Source of the DNA: Octopus vulgaris
Lineage: Eukaryota
Direction of reading: 5' to 3'
Length of the DNA stretch: 64,000 bases
Assembly: GCA_951406725.2 (NCBI GenBank)
Contig: OX597831.1
Location: forward strand, 18,166,001-18,230,000
A program made the translations under genes and the position numbers. Shown here piece after piece: positions 45,059 to 62,374 of the stretch (its first letter is position 1; each line of letters starts with the position of its first letter). Below the pieces are notes generated by a model. The model was not told the DNA's origin. It was given only the letters and a program-made list of their open reading frames with translations, and made no database searches.

Positions 45059-46312
45059 TATGTATCTGTATGTAGGAGTATATATGTGCGTGTGTGTATG
45101 TATATGTGTGTATATATATATATATGTATATTTATTGGTGTATATGTATAGACTAGCCTCCTAAAGTGTAGACACGAATCTGTAGGTACGAGTACGTATG
45201 TGTATATACGTGAACGTATGTAGATGTTTGTATGTATGATTATAACGCGTGCGTACGTGTATGTGTATGAGTGTACGAATGGGTGAATGTACGTGCTAAT
45301 GAGTGTGCGTGCGGGAATGAGTACTTGCCTTCTAGTAGACAGACAAATGGACATGCAGCCATTGCCAGGATTCTTAGCTCTAGCGATCAAAGATAACAAA
45401 AGTAATAAATGAAGATAATAAAATTAAAATTAGGGAATGGGCTTGTATTGGATTGTATATATATATATGTATATGTATATTTGTATGTATGTATGTGTGT
45501 ATGTGTAGGTATGTATAGGTACACATGTGTATGTGTATGTGTATGTATATATATGTGTGTATGTATGTATGTGCACACATGTATATATATGTATGCGTGT
45601 ATGTGTTTATATATATATATATATGTACATAGGTGTATGTGGGTGTATGTATATATAGGTGTAAATATGTGTATATAGGGAACTAGGTGTGTTGTGTGTG
45701 CATGAGTGTATGTGCGTATGAAGATATATTTTTATGTGTATATATGTATGTGTGGTCGTGGGTATATATATATATATATATATATATACATGTGTGTATG
45801 CGTGAATGCATGGGAGTGAGTGTATGCATATATACGTGAGTGTATGTGTAGACAGGTATAGGCATGTGCATGTGTATAAATTTGTATATGTGGGCGGGTG
45901 TATGTATGTGTGTATGTAGATATGTATGTGTGTATATATGTATATGTATGTATGTATATATGTATATATATATATATGTATATGTGTATGTATATGTGTG
46001 TGTGTATATATATGTGTGTGTGTGTAGATACGTATACATGTGTGTATAGGTATAAGTGAGAATCTCCTTATTTACCTATAACTCTATCCCCCCTTTTTTT
46101 ATATATATATTTTTATATATATATTTTTTTTATATATATTTTTTATTTTTTTATTTTTTTATTTATCTATTCTTTCATCTAACTTACCACTGACTCCTTG
46201 ACCACTCCCCCAAGTATGATATTTTGCGCTATGCCTACCCCCAAAAAGTCCCCCACCACCACTCCTTTAAACCTGCCTAAATGTATAAATGCTAATACAA
46301 TTCTTGTTAAAT

Positions 46313-46363
46313 AGCTTCCTGAAGATTTCTCTTGAATGAAACAGTACTAGTCCTGTAGAAGCT
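46313..46363 (+). ncRNA. Type I hammerhead ribozyme
   Basis: agcuuc CUGAAGA uuuc ucuu gaau GAAA CAG uacuaguc CUG UA gaagcu. Stem I is a perfect 6 bp, stem III is ACAG/CUGU with a loop containing the palindrome ACUAGU, and cleavage is predicted after GUA (46357). Confidence 0.8.
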
Positions 46364-46390
46364 CCTTCTATATAATAAATATATAAATAT

Positions 46391-46421
<31 letters not shown>

Positions 46422-46425
46422 ATAT

Positions 46426-46524
<99 letters not shown>

Positions 46525-46550
46525 TATATATATATATAAATATATATAAT

Positions 46551-46646
<96 letters not shown>

Positions 46647-46647
<1 letters not shown>

Positions 46648-48913
46648 TTTGATACTTTGATACTTTGATAGGTTTCGGCCATTATTGGCCCAGGCCATGT
46701 CTAACTTAATAGCACCACCTGGTGAAGTCTTTCAAGTCAGAATTTGGGCACTATGGCCCACTCAAGTATAGAGTTATTGTTTACAGAGACATATCCGGGT
46801 GTAGGGGGTTTATCCGGGATTTCTTGAAGGAATCTGTCCAAAGACTTCTTGAACCCTATAGGGTCAGTTTCTGTTTTAATGCGTTTTGGTGTAATGTTAA
46901 AGAGAGCGGGGCCAATTGAGGTGAAATAATTGTGCCGTATTGTTGTTATGAGATGAGAGTGCGATTTTTGTTTTGGGCGGATTGCACGGGGCCCAAGCCT
47001 TGGATGTACCTTAAAGGTGATGCCAACATCATTTGGGCAATGCTGATGGAATATTTTCCACATCATGCAGATGATGTAGCGCTCACGACGACGTTGGAGA
47101 GAATAGAGTTTTAGCTTTTCTAGTCGACCCCAATAGTCGAGGCCTGTCATGCCATCTATCTTTTTTGTGATTGCCCTTTGAGGTGCTTCAACTTTTATGA
47201 TACCTTGTATTGTGTGGGGACACCACATTGGACAACAGTATTCAAGGTGGGGTCGGGCAAAAGTGGAGAAGAGAAGGATAATGGTGTGGATATCTCTCGA
47301 CTGGAAAGTTCTGAGAATCCAGGAACACATTCTGCGGGCCATGTCAACTTTGGTGTTTATATGAGTGGCCCAGCTTATGTTGTTGTCCACAATTACTCCC
47401 AGGTCTCTGATGTTGTTGGACGCCGCGAGACTTTCACCTGAAGGAAGGGAGTATGGGAGTTTCAGGGCATCCTCTTTTCCAAAGTGGATTAGCTCAAATT
47501 TATCCTCGTTCAGCAGCATATTGTTTTATTCTGCCCATTGGATAACAGCCAGTAGATCTGACTGAAGGCATGTCCGGTCACTCGCCTCATTTATGACCTT
47601 CTGTAGCTTGGAGTCATCTGCAAAGATTTTTATGTTGCTGTGCTTGATGATGTCATTAATGTCATTAATGTAAATGATGAAAAGAAGTGGGACCAGCAGA
47701 GTGCCTTGCGGAACGCCACTACTTTGGCTCGGCTTGATTTTACCCCTTCAACTACAACATGTTGAGATCTGTCTGTCAGGAAACACTTGATCCATTTCAG
47801 TAACTTTCCAGAGACACCAATGTTGGATAGTTTTTTCAATAGGAACATGTGATCGACCCTGTCGAAGGCCTTACTGAAATCAAGGTAGATGACATCGGTG
47901 TTGGAGCCCTCTCCCAAAACTCTCAAAATGTCCTCAAAGTGATGCAGGAGCTGCGTTAGGCAGTCCCTTCCATTACGGAACCCATGTTGGTTCGAGATCA
48001 GCCGTCTGTTGCTTTCCAGAAATTGGGTTATTCGAGATCTCACCACCCTCTCAAATACCTTGATGATATGAGAGGTGAGTGAGATCGGACGGTAATTCAC
48101 TGCAAGGGACTTGTTTCCCTTTTTGAAAACTGGGACAACAGACTGGGACAGAATGTTTTTTGGAATATAGCCAGCATCCAGTGAGTTTCTCCACAGATTA
48201 GCAAGGGGAGATGCAAGTTGGTGTCGACACACCTTCAGGACACAAGCAGGGAACCTATCGGGGCCTACTGCTGAATTGTGTTTTTTTTCGTTTATCGCCG
48301 CTAAGACATCAGGGGAACTAAACGTTATGTCCGATATAGTGTGTTGGGGGTTGACATCACTGATACAGCCCAGATCGGCCATATCAGGATTCTGAATACA
48401 GAGCAGTATTGTTTCTGCAGTATCTCGGCCATGGATTTGGCATTATCTTGGAGAGTTCCAGTTTCGTCAATTAGAGGGCCTACAGGGGAGACAGTGACCC
48501 TGCGTTTCCTCGCAAATGAAAAGAACACTTTGGGGTTGAGTTTGATTTTTCAATGGCCCACTTCTCCTCAGCTGATCTTTGGTTATTGATGAGGGCCTTC
48601 ATGCATTGTTGGAGGTTATATTTTTTGTATTCAAGCAGTGCGATAGCCGTCGAATGTGTGTGTTGCTGTTGGCAGTACTTTAGTTTGTTAATTTTTTTGT
48701 TTGTTATTTTTATTTTTCTGATAATGGTTTTTCTGTTTTGGGGGATTCTGCACTTTTTGTTCACAGGTCTTGGTGGGGAGTGTTTTGCACATATGTCTGT
48801 GACGGTGTCTACAAAGATCTGCCAAGATGTTTTATGGTTGGTGGAGATGTGTGTATGTGTAAAGGACCAGTCAACATGTGATAGCTCGTTCCTGATTGCA
48901 TCCCAGTTGGCAT
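46647..48913 (-). mobile_element. CR1/L2-group LINE family A, 5'-truncated, frameshifted
   Basis: ORFs 48480..48764, 48325..48528, 47630..48382 and 46737..47519 carry GPDRF, NYRPISLTS, QHGFR, YLDFSKAFD, RDLGV and LYSLQRRR; KIFADD lies near 47613-47630. The 3' hairpin ggccaataatggcc has a (tatcaaag)n tail. (TA)n on both sides. Confidence 0.93.
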
Positions 48914-48948
48914 TTATATATATATATATAAATACATATATATATATA

Positions 48949-49106
<158 letters not shown>

Positions 49107-49126
49107 TATAAATATATATAAATATT

Positions 49127-49988
49127 AGGATAAATTTGAGCTAATCCACTTTGGAAAAGAGGATGCCCTGAAACTCCCATACTCCCTTCCTTCAGGTGAA
49201 ACTCTCGCGGCGTCCAACAACATCAGAGACTTGGGAGTAATTGTGGACAACAACATAAGCTGGGCCACTCATATAAACACCAAAGTTGACATGGCCCGCA
49301 GAATGTTTTCCTGGATTCTCAGAACTTTCCAGTCGAGAGATATCCACACCATTATCCTTCTCTTCTCCACTTTTGCCCGACGCCACCTTGAATACTGTTG
49401 TCCACTGTGGTCTCCCCACACAATACAAGGTATCATAAAATTTGAAGCACCTCAAAAGGCAATCACAAAAAAGATAGATGGCATGACAGGCCTCGACTAT
49501 TGGGGTCGACTAGAAAAGCTAAAACTCTATTCTCTCCAACGTCGTCGTGAGCGCTACATCATCTGCATGATGTGGAAAATATTCCATCAGCATTGCCCAA
49601 ATGATGTTGGCATCACCTTTAAGGTACATCCAAGGCTTGGGCCCTGTGCCATCCGCCCAAAACAAAAGTCGCACTCTCATCTCATAACAACAATACGGCA
49701 CAATGATTTCACCTCAATTGGCCCCGCTCTCTTTAACATTACACCAAAACACATTAAAACAGAAACTGACCCTATAGGGTTCAAGAAGTCTTTGGACAGA
49801 TTCCTTCAGGAAATCCCGGATAAACCCCCTACACCCGGATATGTCTCTGTAAACAATAACTCTCTACTTGAGTGGGCCATAGTGCCCAAATTCTGACTAG
49901 AAAGACTTCACCAGGTGGTGCTATTAAGTTAGACATGGCCTGGGCCAATAATGCCCGAAACCTATAAAAGTATCAAAGTATCAAGGTA
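49127..49988 (+). mobile_element. LINE family A 3' fragment (A1)
   Basis: ORF 49231..49896 is almost identical to 46737..47519 and has the same 3' tail. Confidence 0.93.
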
Positions 49989-49994
49989 TATATA

Positions 49995-50131
<137 letters not shown>

Positions 50132-50189
50132 GATTATATATATAGTGGATTATATATATAAATATATATATATAAATATATATATAAAT

Positions 50190-50259
<70 letters not shown>

Positions 50260-50282
50260 TATACATATATATAAATATATAC

Positions 50283-50396
<114 letters not shown>

Positions 50397-50397
50397 G

Positions 50398-50775
<378 letters not shown>

Positions 50776-50779
50776 ATAA

Positions 50780-50906
<127 letters not shown>

Positions 50907-50916
50907 TATATATATA

Positions 50917-51199
50917 TATTTCACCTCGATTGGCCCCGCTCTATTTAACATTACACCAAAACACATTAAAACAGAAACTGACCTTATACGGTTCAAGAAG
51001 TCTTTGGACAGATTCCTTCAAGAAATCACGGATAAAACCCATACACCCGGATATGTCTCTGTAAACAATAACTCTCTACTTGAGTGGGCCATAGTGCCTA
51101 AATTCTGACTTGAAAGACTTCACCAGGTGGTGCTACTAAGTTAGACATGGCCTGGGCCAATAATGGCCGAAACCTATCAAAGAATCAAAGTATCAAAGT
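50917..51199 (+). mobile_element. LINE family A short 3' fragment (C1)
   Basis: [14 protein letters not shown]...EWAIVPKF plus the 3' tail. Confidence 0.9.
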
Positions 51200-51226
51200 A
51201 TATATATATATATAATATATACTTAA

Positions 51227-51293
<67 letters not shown>

Positions 51294-51364
51294 TATAAAT
51301 ATATATATATATAAATATATTTATATATATATAAATATATATAAATATTTATAAATATATATAA

Positions 51365-51507
<143 letters not shown>

Positions 51508-51563
51508 AATATATATATATAAATATGTATATATATATAAATATATATATAAATATATATATA

Positions 51564-53642
51564 TCGCCTAAACAAACAGATTGAAAGCAGTGAAAAGTCC
51601 CGCCTAAAAATAAAACTGTTGGAAATCGAAAAATGTCTGCAACTCTCCCATGAAAAAGAAAGAGGAGACAAAGAAGCCTGGGCTATAGAAAACATAAAAT
51701 CTAACCCCAGAGCTTTCTACAGGTATGCCAAAGAAACAGCTACAGTGCACTGTAGAATAGGGCCACTCCTCGAAAAGGATGGCACACTTACAGGAAAACC
51801 AATGCGGGTAAGTGAAATACTGAATGAGCAATTCAAGAGTGTTTTCACTCCACCCCTTGGGCATCTCCAAATCACCAATCCAACTGACTTTTTTACCACT
51901 GCAGATATAAAATCAGAGGCGGCGACGATAGATTACATCGATATAAAGGAAGACGATGTAACGAAGGCTATAGATGAAATGAAAACAGACTCAGCTACTG
52001 GCCCCGATGGATTCCCGGCAATCCTCCTAAAAGCATGTAAGAGAGTCCTAGCAAGACCACTGCAGTTCCTCTTTCAGAGCTTCCTTGCAGCTGGCAAACT
52101 TCCAGGAAAACTGAAGGAAGGTAAAATATGCCCCATTCATAAAGGAGGTAGCAGAGCGGAAGCCAAGAACTATAGACCTATCTCTCTGACCTCACACATC
52201 AGCAAGGTCATGGAACGAATAGTCAGAAGGAAGCTGATCACCTTCCTTGAAGAGAATGACTTGCTGCCCGACACCCAACATGGTTTCCGACCAGGGAGAA
52301 GCTGTTTAACTCAGCTCCTACAACACTATGACTGGGTGCTGAAACGGCTGCTCAACCACTCAAATGTGGAAGTGATATATCTCGACTTTGCAAAGGCCTT
52401 TGATAAAGTCGATCATGGAATGATATGTCACAAACTGCGTGATCTCAACATAGTTGGAAAACTGGGAGAATGGCTTCATGACTTTCTGAAGGATAGAAGT
52501 CAGGTGGTAGTAGCCAATGGGGCCACCTCCATTAACACACAAATAGTGAGCGGTGTTCCGCAGGGCACTGTTCTGGGACCACTACTGTTCATAATGGCCC
52601 TCTCAGACATGCCCTCAGCCACGCAGAGAGCCACGATCACAAGTTATGCAGATGATACAAAAGTTTCACAGGCAATACAGAACCCTGAGGACACTAAACA
52701 CCTGCAATGTGAGCTGGACGAAATATACAAGTGGGCTGAAAAGAATAGCATGCAGTTCAATGCTGGAAAGTTTCAAGCTTTATACTATCAGCATGCAAAA
52801 CTGAATGCAATACCCAATGAATACACTGGACCCGGAGGGATTGCAATCCCAGAGGCACAATCAGTGCGTGACCTGGGTATTCACATGAGTGATGACGCGA
52901 CCTTTCATGTACATGTTGCTAAACTGACAATGAAATGTAGACGGCTGGCTGGATGGATTCTTAGAACCTTTAGAACAAGAGAACAAGAAACCATGATGGT
53001 CCTCTGGAAGACACTTGTCCTAAGCCACTTTGACTATTGCTCTCAGCTATGGTCACCATCCAGTGTCAAGTTGATCACAGAACTTGAGGCGATCCAACGA
53101 AGCTACACAAAGAAGATAGCCTCTATGCAGAATGTAAGCTACTGGGAAAGACTCAAGAGATTAAAATTATATTCCCTGGAGCGTAGGCGGGAAAGATATG
53201 CCATAATATACATCTGGAAGATCCTGGAGGGAAGTGTCCTGAACTTTGGCATCGAGAGTTACGCAAATGCCAGAACTGGGCGCCACTGCGTGGTGCCTAG
53301 GACTCCAACCTGCCATCAAGATGTAGGACAAGATACTGTGATAGCCTGGGCTTCCGAGGCCCACAGCTCTTCAATATCCTCCCGAAGAACCTGAGAGACC
53401 TGCATGGGGTGGATACAGATGTCTTTAAAATGAAGCTGTATCTCTTCCTGTCAGGTGTCCCAGATGAACCAACTTCACGGCAAGAGGGGCAGATGAGGGC
53501 AGCTGCATCGAACTCTCTCATGCACCAAATAGCAGCTGCTAGAAAGCCTCCATGAAGTGAAACCAAGTAGCAACACAAAATGGCGGTGCCCCAGCATGGC
53601 CACAGCTCATAAGCTGAAACTAGAATCAATCAATCAATCAAT

Positions 53643-53646
<4 letters not shown>
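51564..53646 (+). mobile_element. CR1/L2-group LINE family D, 5'-truncated, RT nearly intact
   Basis: ORF 51619..53394 (591 aa) has GPDGF, NYRPISLTS, QHGFR, YLDFAKAFD, SGVPQG, YADD, RDLG, with a frameshift near 53310. Tail (atca)n. (TA)n on both sides. Confidence 0.95.
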
Positions 53647-53681
<35 letters not shown>

Positions 53682-53777
53682 TTATATATATATATATATA
53701 TATAAATATAAATATATATATAAATATATATATATATATAAATATATATATATATAAATATGTACATATATATATAA

Positions 53778-53918
<141 letters not shown>

Positions 53919-53930
53919 CATATATATATT

Positions 53931-54356
<426 letters not shown>

Positions 54357-54393
54357 TATATATATATATATATATATAAATATATATATGTAC

Positions 54394-54511
<118 letters not shown>

Positions 54512-54516
54512 TATAT

Positions 54517-54799
54517 ATTTCACCTCGATTGGCCCCGCTCTCTTTAACATTACACCAAAACACGTTAAAACAGAAACTGACCTTATACGGTTCAAGAAGT
54601 CTTTAGACAGATTCCTTCAAGAAATCACGGATAAAACCCCTACACCCGGATATGTCTCTGTAAACAATAACTCTCTACTTGAGTGGGCCATAGTGCCCAA
54701 ATTCTGACTTGAAAGACTTCACCAGGTGGTGCTATTAAGTTAGACATGGCCTGGGCCAATAATGGCCGAAACCTATCAAAGAATCAAAGTATCAAAGTA
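54517..54799 (+). mobile_element. LINE family A short 3' fragment (C2)
   Basis: Same 5' truncation point and diagnostic variants as C1. Confidence 0.9.
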
Positions 54800-54856
54800 T
54801 ATATATATATATAAATATATATATAAATATATATAAATATTTATAAATATATATAA

Positions 54857-54942
<86 letters not shown>

Positions 54943-54946
54943 TATA

Positions 54947-55014
<68 letters not shown>

Positions 55015-55101
55015 TATATGTAAATATATATATATATATATATATATAAATATATATATATAAATATGTATATATATATAAATATATATATAAATATATA
55101 T

Positions 55102-56586
<1,485 letters not shown>

Positions 56587-56591
56587 TTATA

Positions 56592-56661
<70 letters not shown>

Positions 56662-56670
56662 TATATATAT

Positions 56671-56953
56671 ATTTCACCTCGATTGGCCCCGCTCTCTTTA
56701 ACATTACAACAAAACACATTAAAACAGAAACTGACCTTATACGGTTCAAGAAGTCTTTGGACAGATTCCTTCAAGAAATCACGGATAAAACCCCTACACC
56801 CGGATATGTCTCTGTAAACAATAACTCTCTACTTGAGTGGGCCATAGTCCCCAAATTCTGACTTGAAAGACTTCACCAGGTGGTGCTATTAAGTTAGACA
56901 TGGCCTGGGCCAATAATGGCCGAAACCTATCAAAAAATCAAAGTATCAAAGTA
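56671..56953 (+). mobile_element. LINE family A short 3' fragment (C3)
   Basis: Same 5' truncation point and diagnostic variants as C1 and C2. Confidence 0.9.
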
Positions 56954-57722
<769 letters not shown>

Positions 57723-58084
57723 CGCTATGCCGACCAGAGCTCACTCTGCGCGACTGAACACAGCCACTGGCCCACATTCGACGCTATGGCTACCAGAGCT
57801 TACTTTGCGTGACTGTACACAGCCACTTACCCACATTCGACGCTATGGCGACCAGAGCTCACTCTGTGCGACTGTACACAGCCACTGGCCCACAGTCGAC
57901 GCTATGGCGACCAGAGCTCACTCTGCGCGACTCTACACAGCCAATGGGCCACATTCGGCGCTATGGCGACCAGAGCTCACTCTGCGCGACTGTACACAGC
58001 CACTGGCCCACAGTCGACGCTATGGCAACCAGAGCTCTCTCTGCGCGACTGTACACAACCACTGACCCACAGTCGACGCTATGG
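57723..58084. repeat. GC-rich minisatellite, 59-bp unit, 6 copies plus a partial
   Basis: Unit cgctatggcgaccagagctcactctgcgcgactgtacacagccactggcccacagtcga starts at 57723, 57782, 57841, 57900, 57959, 58018 and 58077. Confidence 0.95.
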
Positions 58085-58844
58085 GTTGGGTTGGATGTGT
58101 TTGGGTTGGGAAGAAAGAATTTCCATTATATGTATAGAGAGAGAGAGAACTATAGCGCGAAGGCATCATAACAAAAACAACCCTTCCTCAACTGTTGGCA
58201 GATTTACCTACTCCGCATTGCAAGCAGTGCAAAAGGATGCGTCTTCATCAAAGCAATTGCTCCCTCAAAGCAAATTAAATAAAATTTGAGATACGTGGAA
58301 CGTCAAAGCTGTTAACAAAAACAGGACAGTGAAAATATTCGGTAAGGGCTTTTTAACCATAACGAGGTGAAATGGTGAACGCTGGAGAAAACATCTTCGT
58401 CAAGAGACAGATACAAATGCGTGTTATAATTATAAACTGAACGAGAAGAAAAAGAATTACAATTAGAATTTGAGATCTATAATTATTGAGGACAGAATTT
58501 GAGCAAGAAATAGAGAACTATAAATATTGTAAGTGGTGGCTTACATTCGCGGCTTCCAATTTCTCTGTAAATTATAAGATAGTCGCAAAATCATCGCACA
58601 TGTCACCATCGATTACAAACACCGGTGGAAGATAAAAGTTCCAGGGGTTATTCTTGTTCTTTCGTTGTACAAGAATCGTATTATGTTTCGGCTAAAAATA
58701 AATTATAGATACAAATATGATGTATAGAAATATATAAAAACCAGAATAGAAAATAAACGTCTTAGGCATATAAAATGAGATAACTTGAGATATCAAGGTG
58801 TCATAAACTAGAAACCTACTAGAATATCATAGATTATATATATA

Positions 58845-61400
58845 TCAAGTCATCCAATCAGTTCTTTCCAATTTTACCTTTTTTTTAGATTTGAATGAAA
58901 TTTAATAGTATTTTCAAATGTCTAATTCAATTGAAATTTATTTTTATGCATTTGTGTACGTTTAAACTAATTCAATATTGTTTTACAAAATAATAGAGGG
59001 GGCCACAAATCTGCGCACATGGGGATTAACACATACTTTTAAAACAAACCAATTCTATTTAATTATAATGTTAATAAATAATATTTTCAAAGTGATTTCC
59101 CTCATTTTTCAATGCATAACTTGATGCGCCTTGCAAAATTCAGGTCAACTTGATTAAAGTCTACATTGCCATCAATTTCCTCACACTGACTGGTAATGCG
59201 TTCTCTCATGTGTTTTAAATCTGTAATCTTTCTCTTTCAACATACCACAGAAAAAGAAATCAAGGGCAGAAAGTTCTGGTGAACGAGGGGACCTTTCCAT
59301 ATGAGCCCTTCTTCCAATCCAGTGAGGAAAAGTGTCATTAAGCCAATCTCAAACAGTTGTGGCAAAATGGGTAGGGTGAAACCAATTCGGAAGGTCCTCG
59401 CCTAGGCGCTCAATTTGAGATATTAATTTGTCTCTCAATATGTTTACATAAGTCTCATCCGTTACATGTTCAGTAAAGAAGGGTCCTAGAACATGAGCTT
59501 TCCACAATCCACACCACACCATCACCTTTTTTCTGCCTTGTTGTTTAGGTGGATCCATCCAATGTGGATTACCTCGAGACCAGTATAGAAGATTCTCTCT
59601 GTTGACCTAACCATTTACATAAAATGTAGTTTTGTCACTGAGCAACAAAGTTTTTCGTAAAATTGATATTTTCATCAAATTTATCTGAAAACCATTCGCA
59701 CGTCCACATTTGTCTATCAGGGACGTCTTCATTTAAGTGATGCAATATCTGTAGGTTATATCGATGAAACTTTTCCGTAAACAGCATTTTGTGGATGGTT
59801 GATTTTGGAACACCTAACACCGTGGACGTCCGACGAAGTGATTTCTTTGGGCTAGCAGAAATTTTAGCCATGACAGCCTCTTTCGTTTCATCTGATTTCT
59901 TTGGTCGCCCAGAACGGGGTTTATCCAAAACACTGCCTGTTTCTTTAACTTTCTTGATCAATTTCCCGACGGCAGTAAAAAAAATAGGGTGCCTATAAGG
60001 GTGTCGAAGATTAAATTCTTCAGCAATTTTGCGATAAGTCCACCCCTCTCGTCCACTTAATAATACTAATTCGATTCTTTCTTCTTTAGACAGATCCATC
60101 ATTCGATCTGGGATTCTTTCTTCTTTAGACAGAGCCATCATTCAATCATCTGTAGAAAAAATAACAAATAAATTTAGAAAAGTAGAGTATTTTTTTAATT
60201 TAATTTAAACAAAAGTAAAAAAGGAAAATTATTATTTCGTATATTTGTTTATATTATGATTTTATTCCATGTACCCAGACTTCGTGGACACCCTAAAATT
60301 GCTTTGATTACAACCCTTTCAACATGAAAGTATCCAAGGAGCATTTAAGGCACATATAATTCTTTATGAGTACAATAAAGGTAACTCTGCAGCCGAAGTG
60401 ACTCGAAACATACACTCAGTTTATGGGAAAGTGCTTGAATGAAAGAACTTGCAGGAGTTCGTTTGCAAAATTAAAGATGAAGATCGAGTAGGATGTGCAG
60501 TTGAATTTGATGATAAGGTCCTTGAAGCATTATTTGAAGAAAATCCGTCATTATCAGTTGAAGAATTGGCAATAAAGCTTACTTCAAACCATACAACAGT
60601 TCATTGTCATCTTCAACAACGTGGAAAGATTCCTAAACTTGGAAAATAGGTGCCTCATGTATTTTCCGAAAGCAACCGCAAATCCCGAGTTGACATCTGC
60701 TCTTCTCTCCATTCTTGCAAACTCATTTCACCCTTTTTCGATAGACTTGTGACGAACAACGGATTCCTATCGAACTTTTAAACGTCGTAAACAGTGGCTT
60801 GGTAAAAGGGAAAATGCTCAACCACAACCGAGAATGGACCTTCATGGGAAAAAGGTTCTACTCTACCTGGTGCGATTGCAAAGGCGTAATTCACTTCATA
60901 TCATTACCACCTAATGCAGCAATCAATGCTCAAGTCAAGTCTACTGTCAGCAATTAGTGCGTTTGAACCAAGTTTTGAAGGAAAAAAGAACCGCTTTAGT
61001 GAGTCGAAAACGAGTGATGTTTCAACAGGACAATGCGCAACCCCACACTGCAAAGATCACATCACAGAAGATCGAAGAGTTCGGTTTTGAAAAATTTCTG
61101 CATCCAACTTATTCTCCAGGCCTTACTCCTTCAGGATACCATTTGATTCATAGTTTACAGAATTATTAGGGGGGCACAAATTTCGCAAGCCAGAAGGACG
61201 TCGAACCTGATATTTCAGTGTTCTTCGCTTTGAAACCAAAAGAGTTTTACATTCATCGGATTAAAAAGCTTGTAAAAAGATGGAAGTAAGTCATAGATAG
61301 TCCGGGAAAGTACATTGATGATTAACTTTCAATTAAATATAACATTTGATCACTTGCATTCTTTATCCAAAATTCGGACAGAACTTATGGGATGATCTGA
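58845..61400 (+). mobile_element. Decayed full-length mariner interrupted by a nested element
   Basis: TIRs tcaagtcatccaatcagttctttccaatttt (58845) and aaaattcggacagaacttatgggatgatctga (to 61400). Transposase from the ATG at 60323: EHLRHIILYEYNKG, GK*VP, QQDNAQPH, HPTYSPGLTPSGYHL. Confidence 0.85.
58996..60295 (-). mobile_element. Tc1/mariner-superfamily transposon (maT/rosa-like), decayed
   Basis: ~28-bp TIRs (agggggccacaaatctgcgcacatgg / ccatgtacccagacttcgtggacaccct). ORF 59635..60141 has an HTH with ETGSVLDKPRSGRP, followed by VMVWCGL, GPFF and PRSPELSALDFFFC. Confidence 0.85.
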
Positions 61401-61403
61401 GAT

Positions 61404-62138
61404 ATAAACACTGGCGAAAATATATTTAAGATCGACGATAAAAGTTCTATTTCTTACAAAATATTTTGTTACTAAACCATACAAATTATTTATATCTTTT
61501 ACACCTTATACAAAATTTATTTCTCTTTCGAATGATGCAAACAATTTTTATACAACTTGAAGAATTCTAATGCTAAATTAATATATATTTCTTTACTGCC
61601 CACAAGGGGCTAAACATAGAAGGGACAAACAAGGAGAGACAAACGGATTAAGTCGATGACATCGACCCCAGTGCGTAACTGGTACTTAATTTATCGACCC
61701 CGAAAGGATGAAAGGCAAAGTCGACCTCGGCGGAATTTGAACTCAGAACGTAATATAAACCTTTCAAATTTACCGGCAAAATTAGTTTAAGACCATGTAA
61801 TATGTATGCAATTTTTTGGCCAAAATGGGTGGTCACACAACGAGCCTAAATGCACCATATAATGTTATAATTTAATGTTATTATACAATTTATTAATAAT
61901 GGGAAAACAACGTAGCCTTAGTCCTGTCACGAGAGCAATAATCGTATATTACAGCAAAAAGTTTCCTTTTCGAACATCAGTTTGCAACTAAAGTGCAGTA
62001 AACCGGCTTGCGTGCAAGCGTGGTAGTTATACTCGGAGACTGGTCAATATAAAGATCGGCAAAGGACTAGTAACAGAATATTTTGTAAGAAATAGAACTT
62101 GTATCATCGGTCTTAAATTTATTTTCGCCAGTTTGTAT
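61404..62138 (+). mobile_element. Internally deleted Tc1-like element (MITE-like) containing a SINE
   Basis: ~68-bp inverted repeats at 61404-61472 and 62068-62138 (cactggcgaaaat...). Internal MGKQRSLSPVTRAIIV and SETGQYKDRQR are Tc1 N-terminal remnants. Confidence 0.7.
61590..61751 (-). mobile_element. SINE family 1, 5'-truncated
   Basis: Reverse complement of ttctgagttcaaattccgccgaggtcgactttgcctttcatcctttcggggtcgataaattaagtaccag. Confidence 0.85.
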
Positions 62139-62374
62139 ATTATATATATATAATGTATATAATACGAGAATTTTAATGGAGATAACCTGCAGTATATAGT
62201 ACAACATTTTAGTCTCCGTATATGAGCTAAGTTTTAATAAAATGTGGTATACGATAAAAATTTCGGATATTTGTCTTTAAAAATTCAGACAAGAAAATTC
62301 AGATGTAGCACATATATTCCATACGAATATACACATATTTATGTTAAGAGTTTCATGAAAAAAATATAGAAATA

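Larger units (their letters stand above)
43342..46380. mobile_element. ~3-kb non-coding fold-back element with hammerhead-bearing inverted arms
   Basis: Near-identical inverted arms 43411-44093 and 45693-46380. The 1.6-kb spacer is degenerate (TG/TA)n with a unique block near 45150-45450. (TA)n on both sides. Confidence 0.85.

Noticed and set aside
57723-58084. CRISPR-like regular repeats
   Set aside because: The units are contiguous with no unique spacers, there are no cas genes, and the context is eukaryotic. The 59-bp period is not a multiple of 3, so the overlapping ORFs are incidental.
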